DNA of 64,000 nucleotides, from the NCBI GenBank assembly GCA_000091205.1, contig AP006500.2. One strand, given 5' to 3'. Shown here one piece after another: positions 10,640-20,728 of this stretch (positions within the stretch are counted from its first letter, which is position 1; each line of letters starts with the position of its first letter). The stretch comes from Cyanidioschyzon merolae. Lineage: Eukaryota. The notes under the pieces were generated by a model. The model was not told where the DNA came from. It saw only the letters and a list, made by a program, of their open reading frames with translations, and did no database searches. Position numbers and translations under genes: made by a program.

Positions 10640-11449
10640 ATGGGATCGGCAGCACCTTTGTCGCGGATCGCGAGACTCCTCGAACGGGACGCAGCTACGC
10701 TGGCGTGGAGCGAACTTCACGAAGCGCACCAGGTACTGCTGCGCTGCACGCTGCGCTCGACTGACGGACAGGCACTCTGGTTGCTGTCGCAGTTCTATGA
10801 ACGCGGGTTTCACGTGCAGTGGCAGCTGCGCCGCAAGACTCGGCCTCGTGGAGGTGGTCTCATCGCTCGCTGGTGGTCCTCAGCGCGATATCGGTGGCAC
10901 TCGCTGTTCACGGAGCCGGTGCTCGCGCTTGATCGCTTCCTCGCCGACAGATACCGCTATGCAGCGGCTCGTGCTGACGTGCTTCCGGCCCAACTAGCCC
11001 TGGTAGAGGAGCTTCGGCGCAACGGTGACGATGCGGATCACGAGCTCGCCTATGCGCTCCTGAAGCGCATGGTACGGTTGATGGCAGGACAGCGCTCAGC
11101 GGGCATGAACGCTGCTGTGCTCCCGAAAATAGGTCTTGTCTGTCTAACCCGTGGTGCGTTCAATGACGCGCTAACGTTCCTGGAGCAATGGTATGAAAAT
11201 GCAGCTCCTCGTGAGGGACACGCAGACACCATAGCGGTGCTGGGCGTGCTCTACGCTCGCCGGTGGCTGCACGCAACTGAAGCAGCGCGTACGGATCACG
11301 ACCTAATGCAAGCGCAACGATATCTGACAGAGGCTGCGGAGAACGGAAGCGTACTGGCGCAGTCATGGATTGTCGCACTGGAAGAGCACTGGAAACATCC
11401 CAGGTCTGGAGAGGAGCGAACGGCCTCCATCCAAGCGGTACACATCTGA
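10640..11449 (+). CDS. hypothetical protein, possibly Sel1/TPR-like helical repeats
   Basis: 269-aa ORF from the first ATG at 10640 (track start is GTG 10601). Repeated A..W...AA..G motifs (YLTEAAENGSVLAQSWIV). No confident family assignment. Confidence 0.45.
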   Translation: MGSAAPLSRIARLLERDAATLAWSELHEAHQVLLRCTLRSTDGQALWLLSQFYERGFHVQWQLRRKTRPRGGGLIARWWSSARYRWHSLFTEPVLALDRFLADRYRYAAARADVLPAQLALVEELRRNGDDADHELAYALLKRMVRLMAGQRSAGMNAAVLPKIGLVCLTRGAFNDALTFLEQWYENAAPREGHADTIAVLGVLYARRWLHATEAARTDHDLMQAQRYLTEAAENGSVLAQSWIVALEEHWKHPRSGEERTASIQAVHI

Positions 11450-12163
11450 ATCCAGGGAAGCTAGACGAAGGCGTCGCTCACCTGAGCGACGGGATTTGGC
11501 ACTTTGGACTGCTGCTGCCTTTCGTCAAGAGCTACGTTCCTGGGCAGTGGCGATCAAGGTCGGTTTCCAAGGACGCTTGGTTGACCCAAACATCCCACAT
11601 GCGACAGCGCGTCACCGTAGGGCGTTTTTCATCGGGATCGGTCGCAACTCGATCATGTCCCTGGTAACTCGTGGGCGATAGAGACGAAGGTTTCGTGCAA
11701 ACGATCTGGTCTCGAGTTAGGCGCTTATGTGTGGTATCATGAATAAAGAAAGAAGGGCTTGCCGTCTCGGCGCTGCGGCGTCCGGCAAGTGATCTCCTGT
11801 TCTCACTTTAAAGGACGGGGAGTGCACCAAGTGCCGTATGGCCTCTGTTCCAATGACCTAGATGGAATCTGTTACTGACTTGAGCGTGAACCAAGCGAAC
11901 ACGGAGTGCTATGGCACACACGGAGCACATACGCCTGGGTAATGAAGACGCAAACAGATAAGTGTTCCGGGTTTGTGCTCATGCGGAACTGCCAAAGCAT
12001 TCCCGAGTGGTCCACAAATCGGCGAGAGGATACGCGCCGGACAAGAAGCGCATGCGCTGTGTCATCAGGAAGTGTCTAGTTCCTGGTTGCAACTGAACTA
12101 AAAAGCGGGATGCATCTCGCGCAACAACACGTCTTCTTTTCCTCTTTGGACCTATTTGGGATG

Positions 12164-13786
12164 TTATTTGGGGCGAGCTCGCACGTCCTCCAGCAGAAGC
12201 ATCGCATAGTCGCGAAATCGATCTTTTTCGGCGCCGAAGCTACGATAGAGCCCAATGAGGCGCTCATCCTGTCGCAAAGCCATCTGTACAAGCTGCGTTT
12301 CCTTCCAAGGTGCAAGTTTCAAGGCTGCAATCGCACCTAGCACGGACCAGGCAACGCCTCTCGAATCCGTACTCGTGCTCGGCGGTAGGGAAGCAGGGGT
12401 GTCTGCCAACTGCGCTTTCGTCGCCAAGTATGTCGAAGACGCGACGTCCGCTCTCGTCATATCTCGCGAGGCGTATCTTCCCCGCATCGACTCCATGCTT
12501 TGTTCTGTATCCAACGGGGGCACCAGTGGCGGCAGGCGCACATCCCTCGACATAGACCCCGCGGAAACGTTTGTTTGCACGGCCGCCAGATGCGTTGCAG
12601 CGTGCGTCACGAACGACCTCATTACATTTGCGGTTGTCTGCTGTTTCTCGTCGATGCTCGACGTCCAACCAGGCGCAGCGTTTCCCGGTTGCTGGGCCGC
12701 ATTTGAGCCCGTGAACGCGCTTTCCAAGGGACTCAGTTTCGCAGCGTCTTCCACCGGAGCCTGGATGGTCTGTACGACTTCGTGGTTCAGCACCGCGGAC
12801 TCGTTTCTTTCTTTGGTCGCTGCAGACGCGAGTCCGCAATGCTCGCTTCCAATGTCTGCGCCAGCTATCGGACCAGGCCGGGGTGGATGCGGTTCGCTCA
12901 TGCCGTCACCGCAACCGGGGAAGCGCTCATCTGTTCCTCTGATGCCCGCTATTCCTGGCGATGTCCGTCTAGGCTCCTGTGTCGTGCTTTCCTCTCGTAG
13001 TGCCTTCATTGTCGGCGGCCGAGTCCAGCCCTGGGACCATCCCGTTGGTATGGAACTGGCATGTTCTCCTAGTGAGGATGCGAGACCCAGCTCCTGTCGC
13101 ATCCGCTCCTCGACTTTGATGCGCAGTACACAAGCGGGGCAGAACCATTCTCCGCTTGGAATCGATGGCAACCCGATGCACTGCAAGTGATACCCCATGG
13201 GACACTCGTCGCAGCAGACAATATCGCCACCCAGACCGCAAATCGAGCACACATCGTCCGGCGCCCAGCCGTGCGCAATAGCCGCTATCGCGTGGTTCGA
13301 TAACGGGGTTCGGCACCGCCGGTATCGTTCCGGTATCGTCACTCGATTCAGATCTATCACCACACCGTGGCTGAGAGAGTGCAGCGACATCCGTTGTCGC
13401 CGCCATTCACTCGTTGAACCTGGCCTGCTCTCGAGCGACGCAACTGTAGGCAACGCCACACGCGCTTCAGTCTTCGCAGCGCCACGACGCCTACGCTGGC
13501 CGTTCCGCGGTACCACTTCTACATCCGCAGCTTCAGTTCCCAACCGCCGTCGCTTTATATTTTCGTTGTCGCGTACATTTCGCTTTGAAGGCAGCGGTTG
13601 TGCGAGCGAAGGTGGAACAGCCGGCCCCGCGCACGCAGCACGCAAACTGCTCCCGACTGTCGATAAACTTTGCGCACCACTTGCCACCAAAGGAACACGT
13701 CCACCTGATGCATGTGTATTCGCCCCACGAACGATCTCTTCTTCAGTCTCTGTGGAAGAAGTTTCAGTGCGTGAGTCTTCGCTCAT
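12164..13786 (-). CDS. PHD-finger protein
   Basis: C4HC3 PHD signature CSICGLGGDIVCCDECPMGYHLQCIGLPSIPSGEWFCPAC. The track ORF runs to 14251 but that part overlaps the FKBP gene. ATG at 13784-13786 (MSEDSRTE...) is the most plausible start. Confidence 0.7.
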   Translation of the reverse strand: MSEDSRTETSSTETEEEIVRGANTHASGGRVPLVASGAQSLSTVGSSLRAACAGPAVPPSLAQPLPSKRNVRDNENIKRRRLGTEAADVEVVPRNGQRRRRGAAKTEARVALPTVASLESRPGSTSEWRRQRMSLHSLSHGVVIDLNRVTIPERYRRCRTPLSNHAIAAIAHGWAPDDVCSICGLGGDIVCCDECPMGYHLQCIGLPSIPSGEWFCPACVLRIKVEERMRQELGLASSLGEHASSIPTGWSQGWTRPPTMKALREESTTQEPRRTSPGIAGIRGTDERFPGCGDGMSEPHPPRPGPIAGADIGSEHCGLASAATKERNESAVLNHEVVQTIQAPVEDAAKLSPLESAFTGSNAAQQPGNAAPGWTSSIDEKQQTTANVMRSFVTHAATHLAAVQTNVSAGSMSRDVRLPPLVPPLDTEQSMESMRGRYASRDMTRADVASSTYLATKAQLADTPASLPPSTSTDSRGVAWSVLGAIAALKLAPWKETQLVQMALRQDERLIGLYRSFGAEKDRFRDYAMLLLEDVRARPK

Positions 13787-13924
13787 ATCCCCTGGAGTCC
13801 ATGCGCGTCTCCGCGTACGGCGAAACGTGGTTAGGCGCGAAAGACGCTGCGTGCAACGCAGTGGTGGCCCGGATCTGTCACGGGTCACGGAGCCGGCACT
13901 TTGGAACGCCCATATCTGTACAAA

Positions 13925-14884
13925 ATGGACGCATTGCGTGAGACGCACGACACCGTGCGTGCGTGCGCGTGCGTACGCCGGAGCTGCGCATCCTCCTCCA
14001 GCCACGGTGATGTTGAGCACATGGGGGCGTGTACCACGCGAGGTGCACTGAGCAGTACCTTTGTTTGCCGAAAACTGTGTTTTATTGCCGGTACCGGCTG
14101 TTGTGGCAGTGCATTTCATCGAATTGTGTCTGATGAACGAGTTGTGCAGTTTTGTAGGCCAAGACGCCGTGTGCTCGCTGCCGCCGGGCCGTGTTGGCGA
14201 GCGGCTCTCTCCGAGGAACCCCCGGTGAGTCGCCGAACGTTGCTGCGGCACGGTGCTTGTGCACTTGTGACGCTTGTGGTGGCGCAGGTGCTCTCGGCAC
14301 GAGTTACACTAGCAGCGGCTGCTGCAGCCGAGACGACGCATGCAAGTGGCTCGGCTACGGAGCAGCAGGCAGCTGGTGCCCCGCTGGGCAAGGTGACTGC
14401 CACTGGGCTCCGGTACTATGACTTTGTCGAGGGCGACGGCACCTCGCCCGACTGGGGCGATCTCTGCGTTGTCGAGTTTGTGCTGTACAGTGTCCCGAGG
14501 CCACGCGCCGCGCCGGGATCTTCAGCGGCGCCAGCAATAAGGTTGCGACCGTGGTACTCTACCGGAGGCCGTGGATACTTGATCAAACACGGTGATGGTC
14601 GGACGATTGCTGGAATCGAAGAAGCGATTCACACTATGCGAGAGCATGGACGACGTCGAGTCATTGTGCCTCCTCGTCTTGCCTACGTGCACGCTGACCT
14701 CGGACCAGTACCGGACCGGACTTGGACACGCTTGCGCTTGGCGAAGAAATTGGAGGAGGGCGAGCTATTGGTTTTCGACCTGGAGCTTCGAAAAGTCATG
14801 AAGGATCCCAAAGATCGCGGATATTATAAGGACATCATTGTCCGCGATGGTATGCAACTGCCATCCCTAGCCGATAACGAATAA
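13925..14884 (+). CDS. FKBP-type peptidyl-prolyl cis-trans isomerase with twin-arginine (TAT) lumenal-type signal
   Basis: FKBP domain: GLRYYDFVEGDGTSPDWGDLCVVEFVLY...YLIKHGDGRTIAGIEEAIHTMREHGRRRVIVPPRLAY. It is preceded by VSRRTLLRHGACALVTLVVAQVLSARVTLA (RR codons 14231-14236) and an S/A/R-rich presequence. The start is uncertain (ATG 13925 or 14021). Confidence 0.8.
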   Translation: MDALRETHDTVRACACVRRSCASSSSHGDVEHMGACTTRGALSSTFVCRKLCFIAGTGCCGSAFHRIVSDERVVQFCRPRRRVLAAAGPCWRAALSEEPPVSRRTLLRHGACALVTLVVAQVLSARVTLAAAAAAETTHASGSATEQQAAGAPLGKVTATGLRYYDFVEGDGTSPDWGDLCVVEFVLYSVPRPRAAPGSSAAPAIRLRPWYSTGGRGYLIKHGDGRTIAGIEEAIHTMREHGRRRVIVPPRLAYVHADLGPVPDRTWTRLRLAKKLEEGELLVFDLELRKVMKDPKDRGYYKDIIVRDGMQLPSLADNE

Positions 14885-15400
14885 GCATCGCGCTGGGTAA
14901 CGCATGTCGGAACGCGATATCGAGAGGCACCTCACCGATGTTTCGGCCCTGTATGTCAACAGTGCTAACGAGATCCTCAGTTAGCGAGCGACAATTTCCA
15001 GCTTGGTCGTGTCCGGCATCGCGCGCTTGCCCGTCTGGCGCGTTCGTGCACGCAAGAATGTTCCGGCAAATGCTGATAAGCACAGCACAGCACAGCACAG
15101 CCTTATCGCGATGATCGGGCGAAATGCGGTAGCACTGGACAAACCGCTGATTGAAAACGAGTTGGGCGTCTCGCTAACACACGCAGCATCGCTGGCGTAG
15201 TCGATCGTACCTCGCAATGATCGTTGGCATCGCGAGGTTACCTGTCGAAATCACGGCTTCATACGAGCCACAGCACGACTCGGGGCATGATGACGCAGGG
15301 GTATCGATTTCGACCTATACTTCAAAAGCCACCTGCATGAGGCGCGCTCGATCAGCTGGCAAGCTGGTGTACACTGCGCCATTCGGTCAGGAACACCCGC

Positions 15401-16672
15401 CTAGAGACTCGGATGTTCTGGGACCTTTCTAGTCGAGTAAGCGTCGTTTTCGCAGTTAGGAAGACCGCCGAACTGCCGTCTTCGTTCGTGGAATGCCTCT
15501 AATGCCCGGAAAAAGTCACGAGACGTAAATTCTGGCCACAGGATATCGGTTGTATAGATTTCCGCGTAAGCAGCCTGCCAGAGCATAAAGTTGCTGAGCC
15601 GTTGCTCGCCGCCAGTGCGAATGATCAAGTCCGGATCGGGAACGTCGATTCCCCAGCACTGCGCCAGGTAGGTCTCAAACACGGATTCGTTGACACTGTC
15701 GGGGTCGAGCACGCCTCTTTCTACATCGCGAGCGACGCAACGTACAGCCTGTAGGATATCTTGTCGACCACTATAGTTGAGCGCTACCTGGAGACACAGA
15801 GCTCGATTCGACCGCGTGCGCTCTTCTGCATCGTGCATTCGTTCGCGAAGCGAGTCTGGAAGTGCACTACGGTCGCCGACAAAGCTCACACGCACACTAC
15901 GCGATTGCAGCTTTTCGAGCTCTGTATCCACAACATGTTGAAAAAGCGAGAGCAAACTCGATATTTCAGCAGCAGGACGTCGCCAGTTCTCGGTGCTGAA
16001 TGCAAATACTGTTAAGAATGGAATATGCAGCCAGAGGCAGTCCTCGACGATTCGACGCAATGTCTGGGTGCCGTACTCGTGACCCGCGGAACGACTTCCG
16101 CGGACGCGGAGCCCCCAGCGCCCATTCCCATCCATAATGATGCCTATATGAGTCGGTAACTTGAGCTTCTCAACCAAATGATCACGTATGCGTTCCATGT
16201 CTGTTTGACCGGCTACCTTGGGAGGCTCCTTCGTTGGATAGTCAGCGGCCACGGGACCAGTTGTGATACAATCTGAAGACGTTGCATGCTCCGAATTCTC
16301 CAGTTTTTGACATAACCTTAGCTGGAAACATCCACGATGCAGCCTGTTTCGGAGCTGGCGGTTGCTTGGACTCCGCGGAAGCAGGAGACAGTTGTGAAGC
16401 GTCCCGTTTTGACGAAGGTTGCGCGCTCCCCAGCGGACGCCAGCAGCGGAAAATGAGCGCCGATTTTCGGTGAAAGCGCCACTAGGTCGTCTGTGTCGAC
16501 AGGGGACCTTGGCGTCGTCGTGGAAAATACACCAAGTCCACGAAGACACACCAGCGGCCGGTGGTGGACCCGCGTAGGTCAGCAGACGCTCGTGGCGCAG
16601 CGAGCAACGTCCACGCAACCGCTGAGGTTCAGACGCTCGCGGAATTGTTTCCATCAAAAACACCGGCCACAT
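15401..16672 (-). CDS. cis-prenyltransferase (undecaprenyl/dehydrodolichyl diphosphate synthase family) with long N-terminal extension
   Basis: HIGIIMDGNGRW, FAFSTENWRRP and IRTGGEQRLSNFMLWQAAYAE are hallmark UPPS motifs. The first ATG is at 16670-16672 (track start is a GTG). TAG stop at 15401-15403. Confidence 0.85.
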   Translation of the reverse strand: MWPVFLMETIPRASEPQRLRGRCSLRHERLLTYAGPPPAAGVSSWTWCIFHDDAKVPCRHRRPSGAFTENRRSFSAAGVRWGARNLRQNGTLHNCLLLPRSPSNRQLRNRLHRGCFQLRLCQKLENSEHATSSDCITTGPVAADYPTKEPPKVAGQTDMERIRDHLVEKLKLPTHIGIIMDGNGRWGLRVRGSRSAGHEYGTQTLRRIVEDCLWLHIPFLTVFAFSTENWRRPAAEISSLLSLFQHVVDTELEKLQSRSVRVSFVGDRSALPDSLRERMHDAEERTRSNRALCLQVALNYSGRQDILQAVRCVARDVERGVLDPDSVNESVFETYLAQCWGIDVPDPDLIIRTGGEQRLSNFMLWQAAYAEIYTTDILWPEFTSRDFFRALEAFHERRRQFGGLPNCENDAYSTRKVPEHPSL

Positions 16673-17538
16673 GACGTCTTGCGTGCGCTCTGCAATGTCA
16701 GGGAAGACGAGGTGCGCTCTGTCGCACCGCGTAGCTAACGCTTCGTCTTCCGGCAACGCGCACGGCAGCCGTGAAGGCACGCCCGCACAGCGTCTTTGGC
16801 ACAGCCTCAGAGCGCCAAAACCTCAAGAACTTCCCTCTATAGCCAGTACAAGTGTCCGAGTCCGTACAGTGCGCTGCTGTGCGAAGCGCACAGCTCGTCC
16901 AGTCTCAGCAGTTCAAAAAAGCGCGTTGTTTACGAGCACGCGTTCAGCGTATGTGGAGCGCCTTGCGCGGCACCGTTTACCACCGGCAGCTGCGTTGTGT
17001 ACGTTTCTGGCGGAAACGATTGCAAAGCTGGTAACGACACTTGTTTCACTTTATCAGACGTTCTGTTAGCGGGCGCAGTACGTAGAGCGCTTGCTCACAA
17101 CGTTACCAGCTGCCGATACGAGATCCCAATGCGGTGGCAGTGCGAGTTGCAGAGCGCACCCGTACGCTTGCTTGTGGTGTCGCGTGCTCGCTCAGGAGGC
17201 AAGACGACACAATCGGCATCTGATACTGGACGACGTTTACTTCGATGGTATTGGGCACTTGGCGTAAGCTGACACAGAAATGGATGCTACCTAGTCGTTG
17301 GCTGAAATGCCTGATCTGCCTTTCACGGAGCTTTTTTTGGGAGGCATGCTTGAGGATTTCCATCGGAACCCCTGAGCGCTCATGGGAAAGCGAGCATAAC
17401 GCGTTGGGTAAACGAGTTTGAGATAGTATCTCTACCCTTTACAGAGCATTTCTGGGAGGCATGGTTGAAGATTTCCATCGCAATACCCGAGAGCTCATGG
17501 GCAAGCGCGCTTCTCGTTTTATTCCGACGAAAAGACGG

Positions 17539-17563
17539 GTGTGTGTGTGTGTGTGTCTGTGTC
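17539..17563. repeat. (GT)n microsatellite
   Basis: gtgtgtgtgtgtgtgtgtctgtgtc read directly. Confidence 0.9.
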
Positions 17564-19168
17564 TCTTGGAACGTCAAGTCATCCGGAGGGACTAGTTGAT
17601 CTGGTTTCGTGCTTGCTGGCTGTGCGGGCATATGCAGGAGGCCGCAATTGATGCATCAACCCCACAGCATGAGAAAAACACTCCTGGATGCAACAGCGGA
17701 AGTGACCATTCTTACTCGTAGGCAAGCGCGCAGAGATGTCGTTCAGGGATTTCGGATCGTCGACGCTGACTGCGAATCCCCGATGAAGCGATTGATATCC
17801 GCGTCCATCATTGCGCATCGCACTGTGAGGCGTCACCAATCACCACCTTTGCTTCTCTTCACGTATACTAGTCCGCCAGTTCGTGTGATGCTGTGTGGTG
17901 CCGACTGCCTACCCTGAGCGCCGACGAGGACGTACACGGTGCCGCAGCGGATGCTGCACGGAGGCAAAGCGGCTTCGCCATACCCGTGAGAACGTCGGCT
18001 CTAAATGTGGTTTATTTGACGCGTCGTCAGGTATCTCCCTCATGTCGTGCCCTGACAGTCACTGTATGCGGACCTGACTTTACATCAAGATGCGTTGCAG
18101 AAAAGAAGCTGTCAGGAGGAATCCTGAAAACCCCGAGTCTTCGCTTCCCTGTATTGGGAGGCATGCAATGCGGTCTTGCGACTCGGGGGCCATTGCGCTG
18201 CACTCAGCAGCCAGGAGATGCACGAAACGCCGGGCGCGCATGTTCATGCAGTTCGCGGCTCTTTTTCGCCTAGAAAGACGAATAAGAGTTTGGTGCCAGA
18301 TAGCGCGCATTTTGGTCCAACCAGTGGGCCTCCAATTGTCAGTTCTGCACCCAAAATAAGCGAACGCTCATGAGCATCTATAGTGACATCCACGAGGTGT
18401 GATTGCTCGAACAGCCAGCTTCGTTCCTGTGTCCGAACGCGAACACTGCAAAAGCGAGTCTCGCCGAGCATTGGGAGTTACGTCTCCCCTGCAGAAGCAG
18501 TATGATTCCCTGCGAGCATGTAATTTTTCGATGCAACACAAGGCCCGGACGTGCTAGACTTCACCGATTCGCTCTTTAGCGAGCCAGACGGTTCCCATGG
18601 GAACCTCTGACCACCCCAATGACTCCCGCCAAACGTTTCATGTCTCTACTCGGTGGTTCTTCTAATGGGATGCGAGGCCAACGTTGAAGATCCTGTTCTT
18701 TCGAAATCGGCATTTGCATTCTTTGCCTTGAACCGTTCGTTAGAGATGTCGAGAAAAGAGTCAGTCCCAGAAACCAACTGGTATATATCCACTCCAAAGC
18801 CATACTTGAGGAAAATCTGCCTCCACTAGACCCAAACGCTTTTTCGATACCTTGGGATGCACGCCATCATCCGGTTGAGCCGGGGGCGCGTGCTGGGCCT
18901 CTTGGCCCTTGTACGACGCGCTGCAGTCTGCTGCAATGACTTCCAACGGGGGTGTATAGGATTTACATCCGAGAGCTTCCGTGCTGGGTGCTCTGCCGAG
19001 CATCCCGACACGATTCGCATCGACCTGTTGACTGGGGTCTGCATTCGCGAAGCGAGTGCGAGGCTCATGCCCCACCATTCGACGCCCCAGGTGACCGCCT
19101 TGATGATGCACATCCTAATTGACCCGATGCAGACTCCCAGCGACATCCCTATGGGTCCGATAAGAACC

Positions 19169-19450
19169 TGCATGCACGAGCTGAGCGTTTCTTGATCTTG
19201 GCAATCTCCTCTCCTATATATACACACTTTCATCCAGTGTGCATGCACGAGCTGAGCGTTTCTTGATCTTGGCAATCTGCTCTCCTATATATACACACTT
19301 TCATCCAGTGTGCATGCACGAGCTGAGCGATTCTTGATCTTGGCAATCTGCTCTCCTATATATACACACTTTCATCCAGTGTGCATGCACGAGCTGAGCG
19401 TTTCTTGATCTTGGCAATCTTCTCTCCTATATATACACACTTTCATCCAG
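19169..19450. repeat. 71-bp tandem repeat, about 4 copies, each containing tatatatacacac
   Basis: catgcacgagctgagcg recurs at 19171, 19242, 19313 and 19384. Units differ by 1-2 nt. The array ends 136 bp upstream of ATG 19586. Confidence 0.9.
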
Positions 19451-19585
19451 CATCGACGTGAGTTGTACCAGGGCGCGGCGGGATTCGGCGTTGCCTCGCG
19501 AGCATCGCACTATCCGAAGATCGGCACTCGAGCTGCGCGTCCGAGGTGCTCCACAGCAGCTTCTAAGGTTCTGGCACAGCCTACG

Positions 19586-20728
19586 ATGCGTATGGAACAG
19601 CCAGCAGCGTTTCTGAGTGGCAAACTACAACCCTTGTGCCTAGATCGCAAGTTCCAGTTGCGCGTGAGCGGGTCACGGCAACAGTTTCGGGGCCGCCGCC
19701 GACCCATTCTCGTCGCCCGGGTCGGGATCGGCGTCATCGGTGCAGGCCGCATAGGACAGGTACATGCAGCAACGATAGCTCGTCTGATGAATGCAGAGCT
19801 ACGAGGTATTGCTGATCCAATTGAAGCAGCTGGGCGTAAGGTGGCCGAGAGTTTCCAGACAGCGTACTTTCCAGACTATCGTACGCTGCTAGAGGACCCC
19901 GATGTACAGGGTGTCGTCATCGGCTCGCCAACGCCGTTTCACGCGGAACAAATGATAGCTGCAGCCGAAGCCGGCAAGCATATATTTTGTGAAAAGCCTA
20001 TCAGCAACGATCTCGCGACGATCGACCGTTGTTTAGAGGTGGTACGCACCAGCGGCGTCAAACTCCTGGTGGGGTTCCAGCGGCGCTTCGATAGTAACTT
20101 TAGCTACGTACGTGACCAGATTGAGCGTGGCACCATTGGGCAAGTGCGTATGTTTCACATCCATTCAAGAGATCCGGCGCCACCTCCGGCGGAATACTTG
20201 GCGAAAAGCGGAGGTATTTTCCTCGACATGTGTTCCCATGATTACGATATGGCGCGTTTTGTGACGGGCCAGGAAATCGAGGAGGTTTACGTGGTTGGCA
20301 AGGCCTTCGATCCCGAGGCACAGGCCGCAAATGATCTCGACACCCACATAACGGTACTGCGGATGTCGGGCGGGGTCATGGGCACCATCGACAACTCTCG
20401 TCGTTGCGCATACGGCTACGACCAGCGTATCGAGGTGTTTGGCTCCGACGGTTCGTTAATCGGTCAAAACAAGAGCAAGCACTCCGTAGTAGCCGCCGGT
20501 CAAGATGGGTATCATCATGGACGACCTTTTGATTTCTTTATGGATCGCTATCTGGAGGCGTACGGGAACATCATGACCGCATTTGTGCAGATGATCGAGC
20601 GCGGCACAGACCCCCCTGTCTCGGGGTTAGACGGTCGCGCGCCGGTGCTCGCTGCGCTGGCCGCAGCCCGAAGTGTCAAGGAGAATCGACCAGTGAAACT
20701 CAGCGAAGTCGATATACGCATGCGCTAG
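19586..20728 (+). CDS. Gfo/Idh/MocA-family NAD(P)-dependent oxidoreductase (myo-inositol 2-dehydrogenase-like)
   Basis: Rossmann motif IGVIGAGRIGQVHA, conserved FCEKPIS, then LLVGFQRRFD and GGIFLDMCSHDYDM. The first ATG is at 19586 (track start is TTG 19463). N-terminal extension of about 45 aa. Confidence 0.85.
   Translation: MRMEQPAAFLSGKLQPLCLDRKFQLRVSGSRQQFRGRRRPILVARVGIGVIGAGRIGQVHAATIARLMNAELRGIADPIEAAGRKVAESFQTAYFPDYRTLLEDPDVQGVVIGSPTPFHAEQMIAAAEAGKHIFCEKPISNDLATIDRCLEVVRTSGVKLLVGFQRRFDSNFSYVRDQIERGTIGQVRMFHIHSRDPAPPPAEYLAKSGGIFLDMCSHDYDMARFVTGQEIEEVYVVGKAFDPEAQAANDLDTHITVLRMSGGVMGTIDNSRRCAYGYDQRIEVFGSDGSLIGQNKSKHSVVAAGQDGYHHGRPFDFFMDRYLEAYGNIMTAFVQMIERGTDPPVSGLDGRAPVLAALAAARSVKENRPVKLSEVDIRMR

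Noticed and set aside
12255-14051. Long plus-strand ORFs 12255-13190 (311 aa) and 13197-14051 (284 aa) inside the PHD-finger gene. Similar antisense or alternative-frame ORFs occur elsewhere: 6294-7007, 40806-41726, 43134-43853, 53580-54248, 57872-58780 and 60736-61395.
   Set aside because: Each lies entirely within a longer ORF that carries recognisable conserved domains. Their translations are Arg/Ala/Ser/Pro-rich nonsense typical of off-frame reading of GC-rich coding DNA.
13787-14251. N-terminal 155 aa of the track ORF 12164-14251(-)
   Set aside because: It overlaps the FKBP gene on the other strand and has no domain content. An internal ATG at 13786 gives a sensible model.
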